From a virus, in IMG/VR virus record IMGVR_UViG_2890901082_000001, positions 1-64,000 of that record: a stretch of 64,000 bases of DNA. One strand, written 5' to 3'. Below are positions 61,029-64,000 of this stretch, in pieces. Both the position numbers and the translations under genes were made by a program. Numbering within the stretch: the stretch's first letter is position 1; every line of letters begins with the position of its first letter. A model generated the notes under the pieces. That model did no database searches, had not been told where the DNA came from, and saw only the letters and a list, made by a program, of their open reading frames with translations.

Positions 61029-62348
61029 TTATGCTTTAAGTAGAAAAGTAGATCTTATTTGATCCTGTTCACCACCATCTCCTTTTTCAAAAAGAGGTAA
61101 TACAACGGACTCTAACGACTCAATTAATGGAAACCCATCAGCAACCATTTCTGCAACCTGTTCGCTGTATCGAATAGATACAAAGGTTGATATACTATCA
61201 CTTTGGTATAAGTCTCTTATTGCCTCAAATACACTCGCAATTTTTTGAGCTTCTTTTTCCTCTAGTGAAGGATATTTAGACATGAGGATTTTTTGTTCAA
61301 TATCAGACTTGACATATTCTACCTCAAACAGTCGGAATCTATCAAGCAATGCTCGATCTATTTTATGTGTCCCTGAATAGTCTGCACCCAAGTTAGCTGT
61401 TGCAATAAATACTTTATCTGATACATCAATTTCTCCTGCATCTTCACCAAAAGCCGTATCCAGCTTCATAACTCCCGTTCCATCAAGTACAGGAAATAGA
61501 ATGTTATTTGCCCCAGATGGCGCTCTACTAATTTCGTCTAGCAGTATTCCTTTTACATTAGGATCTTTTAGAGCCTTAACAAAAGGTGAATACTCAAATA
61601 CTGACTCTCCATCTTTTATGATATGATTACCAATCAACCCAGAGATAGCATCTTGCATGGCTCCCATGTTGATGTATGCATACTCCATGTTTAGTTTTTC
61701 AAGAAGTAGTTTGGCTAACACCGTCTTTCCTGTTCCGGTATGTCCAACCAAGAGAGAATTTGCCTTTCTAGAAAAAGAGTGCACTAACCTCTTTTGTAAG
61801 AATTCATCTGCATAGTATTTATCATCCTCTACAGTGATCTTTTTAAATGCACTCCATTTCCTTTCTATGAATGTCTTTTTCTTTAGCTTTCTTCTAAAGG
61901 TATCTTTTACCTGCTTTTCAAGGGATTTATCTTTTAAGATTTCCTCATAAAACACAGATCTTGCATAAGATAATTTATCGGGGCCTTCTTTATCATACTC
62001 CAAATTCTTTGGGCTGTTTTTTACAAGGTAAAGTACCCCGCAGTAGTGTGATCCATCATTAGTAGATCCATCCTGCGTACTATGAAGGGTGGCTAAGAAA
62101 ATAGCTTTTTCGTTTTTCTTCAAAAAATTTTCATCCTCAAATGCTGCTGTAAACTCTAGGTTTTTCTGAACGTCTCCTTCAAAATAAACTACGCGAGTTT
62201 GGTTTTTTGGGACGATATGTTCTCCTGCTTTTACATTTACGATAGTGGTAGCAACACCTCCAAAGTTGCACTGCACAGCTTCATCACGCATTGCAGTAAA
62301 CGCCCCTGTATCCGTAGAAAAGGATACCGTTGAAAATTCTTGATTCAT
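61029..62348 (-). CDS. MoxR/CobS-like AAA+ ATPase
   Basis: Walker A VGHTGTGKTV and Walker B ILLDEISR. Directly upstream of the VWA partner. Confidence 0.75.
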   Translation of the reverse strand: MNQEFSTVSFSTDTGAFTAMRDEAVQCNFGGVATTIVNVKAGEHIVPKNQTRVVYFEGDVQKNLEFTAAFEDENFLKKNEKAIFLATLHSTQDGSTNDGSHYCGVLYLVKNSPKNLEYDKEGPDKLSYARSVFYEEILKDKSLEKQVKDTFRRKLKKKTFIERKWSAFKKITVEDDKYYADEFLQKRLVHSFSRKANSLLVGHTGTGKTVLAKLLLEKLNMEYAYINMGAMQDAISGLIGNHIIKDGESVFEYSPFVKALKDPNVKGILLDEISRAPSGANNILFPVLDGTGVMKLDTAFGEDAGEIDVSDKVFIATANLGADYSGTHKIDRALLDRFRLFEVEYVKSDIEQKILMSKYPSLEEKEAQKIASVFEAIRDLYQSDSISTFVSIRYSEQVAEMVADGFPLIESLESVVLPLFEKGDGGEQDQIRSTFLLKA

Positions 62349-62358
62349 ATTAATTTAA

Positions 62359-62368
62359 AATATTTGTG
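62359..62368 (-). promoter_or_regulatory. conserved upstream motif copy (shorter, sense CACAAATATT), 10 nt before ATG 62348
   Basis: aatatttgtg on the + strand. Confidence 0.5.
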
Positions 62369-62412
62369 ATTATATACTAGATTATAAAAAAGCTATCGAA
62401 GACAAGCATGCC

Positions 62413-62757
62413 TTATTTATCTCCGATTGATTGCCTAAAAAATTCTCTAACGTGTTTAGTTTCCAACACAGTTAGCTCTAAATCAAACTCCTCAAAGTAC
62501 ACGATCATTGCAGGTACTTGTCCTAGCTTCGTGCGTTTTTTGCACTTTAAAAAAGTATCCGCCTTAAGCGTGTAGCTTTTCTTGGAAGTAGTTTTAGCCT
62601 CTACAGAAACCATTTCGTTCTCTACATCATTTTCTGCGAAGGCTGCCCCAGAAGCGATAGTTTCTTTTGCCTTAAGCTGCTCTGCAAGTCTCTTCTCTTG
62701 TTTTCGAGATCGGCTAACCGTAGTTTCCCTAGGCTTGTTCATCCATTTTGGCCTCAT
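62413..62757 (-). CDS. small putative PD-(D/E)XK-type nuclease (114 aa)
   Basis: SGAAFAENDVENEMVSVEAKTT resembles a D...E-x-K core. Weak. Confidence 0.35.
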   Translation of the reverse strand: MRPKWMNKPRETTVSRSRKQEKRLAEQLKAKETIASGAAFAENDVENEMVSVEAKTTSKKSYTLKADTFLKCKKRTKLGQVPAMIVYFEEFDLELTVLETKHVREFFRQSIGDK

Positions 62758-62780
62758 AAGTCTTCAAGTTTTTGAGCATT

Positions 62781-62846
62781 AAAAAGACACTCCTATTGTA
62801 TATGGGATCACATATACTTAGCCCCATGCCGAACAGTGTGTCTTTT
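62781..62846. terminator. compound hairpin / bidirectional terminator
   Basis: AAAAAGACAC (62781-62790) pairs with GTGTCTTTTT (62837-62846). Inner stem GTATATG / CATATAC. Confidence 0.5.
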
Positions 62847-62851
62847 TGATT

Positions 62852-63001
62852 TTATTTATTTAACTGCTGTAGTTTACCTAACTCAGTATTGTATTTATTA
62901 AGTACAATATCCTTTGAAGGCATTTCTTTTATAGAATGTTTTTTTACATCCTCAATAAGCATCTTTAAGTATGCTATTTCTTTTTCAATTGCTGCTTTCA
63001 T
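62852..63001 (-). CDS. hypothetical protein (49 aa)
   Basis: Start at MKAAIEKEI gives an ATGA overlap with the upstream gene. Confidence 0.35.
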   Translation of the reverse strand: MKAAIEKEIAYLKMLIEDVKKHSIKEMPSKDIVLNKYNTELGKLQQLNK

Positions 63002-63348
63002 GACCTTACTCCTTCGTATGTAACACCAATACACGCATGCTTGGAAGCTACTTCGTCAATAACCTCCATGACATCTTCCTTATAAGTTTTTGGTAGGATC
63101 AGTACTGCAAGATCAATTGCATCGTCAAGCTCCTCCTTACGAACTTTTGTGTATAAAAAAGTCTCTTTATTCTTCTTAAGGAAATTCTCTATATCCTCGT
63201 AAGAACGTTTGTTAATTTCTTTTCCTTCTTCCACTAGCAAAAAATTGGCTTCAAAGCCCTTATCTTTTACTACCGCTTTTGCTACAGTATAAATGTCGAA
63301 TACGTCTAACAGTTTTCCTGTTAGGTTTGAGACAATGACGTTTTTCAT
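62998..63348 (-). CDS. hypothetical protein (116 aa)
   Basis: ORF track. Motif copy 14 nt upstream. Confidence 0.45.
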   Translation of the reverse strand: MKNVIVSNLTGKLLDVFDIYTVAKAVVKDKGFEANFLLVEEGKEINKRSYEDIENFLKKNKETFLYTKVRKEELDDAIDLAVLILPKTYKEDVMEVIDEVASKHACIGVTYEGVRS

Positions 63349-63362
63349 ATAAGTTTAATATT

Positions 63363-63374
63363 AATATTTGTGTG
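63363..63374 (-). promoter_or_regulatory. conserved upstream motif copy, 14 nt before ATG 63348
   Basis: aatatttgtgtg on the + strand. Confidence 0.6.
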
Positions 63375-63423
63375 ATTTAATAATTAGAAAGTTTAGCTAG
63401 ACAGTGTATGCCTAGCCATTCTA

Positions 63424-64000
63424 CTAAAGGGTGATTCCAAGTGCTTCGTAAACGTCTGCTACGATTTTTTCTAACTCCCCACTAGACTCCAACCAATCTG
63501 CGAACTTTAATTTACCTTGGCATTTTTTCTGCCCATCATATTGAAAGAATGCCCCTGATTGTTGTACAATACCTTCTTCCGCTGCTATTTCTATGATCTG
63601 CATTGTTCGGTCACATGTCCCGAAAGGAACGCGAGCATTGTCCGACAGTGATAAAAATATTCTACCCGAAAGGTGAGGTTTTGCAACTTTGTTTTTCTTG
63701 TTATGTATAGAGATTTCTTTTCCCAATACTTCTTCTTTCGATTTTTCGGGAGCTAATCCCTGCATTCGAAGAGATACCGACTTTGCAAAGGCAGCACCTT
63801 TACCGCCCTTAACTTTTTCACCGCCAAACATTCCCATTTCAGTGTAAGCACTGTTGATGAAAATAAGGGTCGTATCATCCCCTTCATTACGATTCAGTGC
63901 AGCTTGAAACTTTCTGAAACCTCTGTTCCAAAGACGAGCGGACTCACCTACGGTATTCTTTTCCATAGATTCATTCACTTCATTTACACCCCCAACAGCA
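63424..64000 (-). CDS. recA: RecA-family recombinase, C-terminal part (truncated by the window edge)
   Basis: FGGEKVKGGKGAAFAKSVSLRM, NKKNKVAKP and GIVQQSGAFFQYDGQKKCQGK align by eye with the RecA core and C-terminus. The reading frame stays open to 64000. Confidence 0.75.
   Translation of the reverse strand, partial: AVGGVNEVNESMEKNTVGESARLWNRGFRKFQAALNRNEGDDTTLIFINSAYTEMGMFGGEKVKGGKGAAFAKSVSLRMQGLAPEKSKEEVLGKEISIHNKKNKVAKPHLSGRIFLSLSDNARVPFGTCDRTMQIIEIAAEEGIVQQSGAFFQYDGQKKCQGKLKFADWLESSGELEKIVADVYEALGITL

Noticed and set aside
1-64000. Search for tRNA genes, CRISPR arrays, rRNA, transposases and integrases
   Set aside because: No T-arm or anticodon-arm-like structures were seen in the intergenic spacers, and no regularly spaced direct repeats. 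No transposase or recombinase motifs were recognised by eye. A tRNAscan or CRISPR-finder run would be the definitive check.

Overview
AT-rich, gene-dense 64 kb window with about 95 ORFs and almost no non-coding DNA. It reads as most of a tailed dsDNA phage genome with a contractile (myovirus-type) tail, or a plasmid-like prophage. Leaders lack Shine-Dalgarno sequences and are TAAAA-type, which points to a Bacteroidota/Flavobacteriia-like host (inference). All genes are on the minus strand except a parA-parB pair (3604-5327) and one small ORF (41063-41365). Order on the + axis: tail fibres and baseplate (1954-17513); tape measure, tube and sheath (18396-24789); an unusual tandem array of 12 paralogous basic proteins (25375-30256); neck, capsid, scaffold and portal (30256-36950); thyA and folE (36976-38417); large terminase (39151-40812); a compositionally odd island plus about 700 bp of non-coding DNA (41430-43411); then an early/replication-recombination module (43612-64000). 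That module holds RadC-like, C5-methyltransferase, queD, dpdA, queC, SpoVS-like, RuvC-like, Cas4-like nuclease, VWA/metallopeptidase, MoxR-like AAA+ ATPase and a truncated RecA. A full preQ0 / 7-deazaguanine DNA-modification gene set is present but scattered: queE sits inside the baseplate operon and folE next to thyA. A 12-nt motif (gene-sense CACACAAATATT) lies 6-33 nt upstream of 14 start codons, and one inverted copy faces an ORF-less, G-poor region. All calls come from reading motifs in the supplied translations and sequence by eye. No searches or alignments were run, and many ORFs remain hypothetical. No tRNA, rRNA, CRISPR array, integrase or transposase was recognised.
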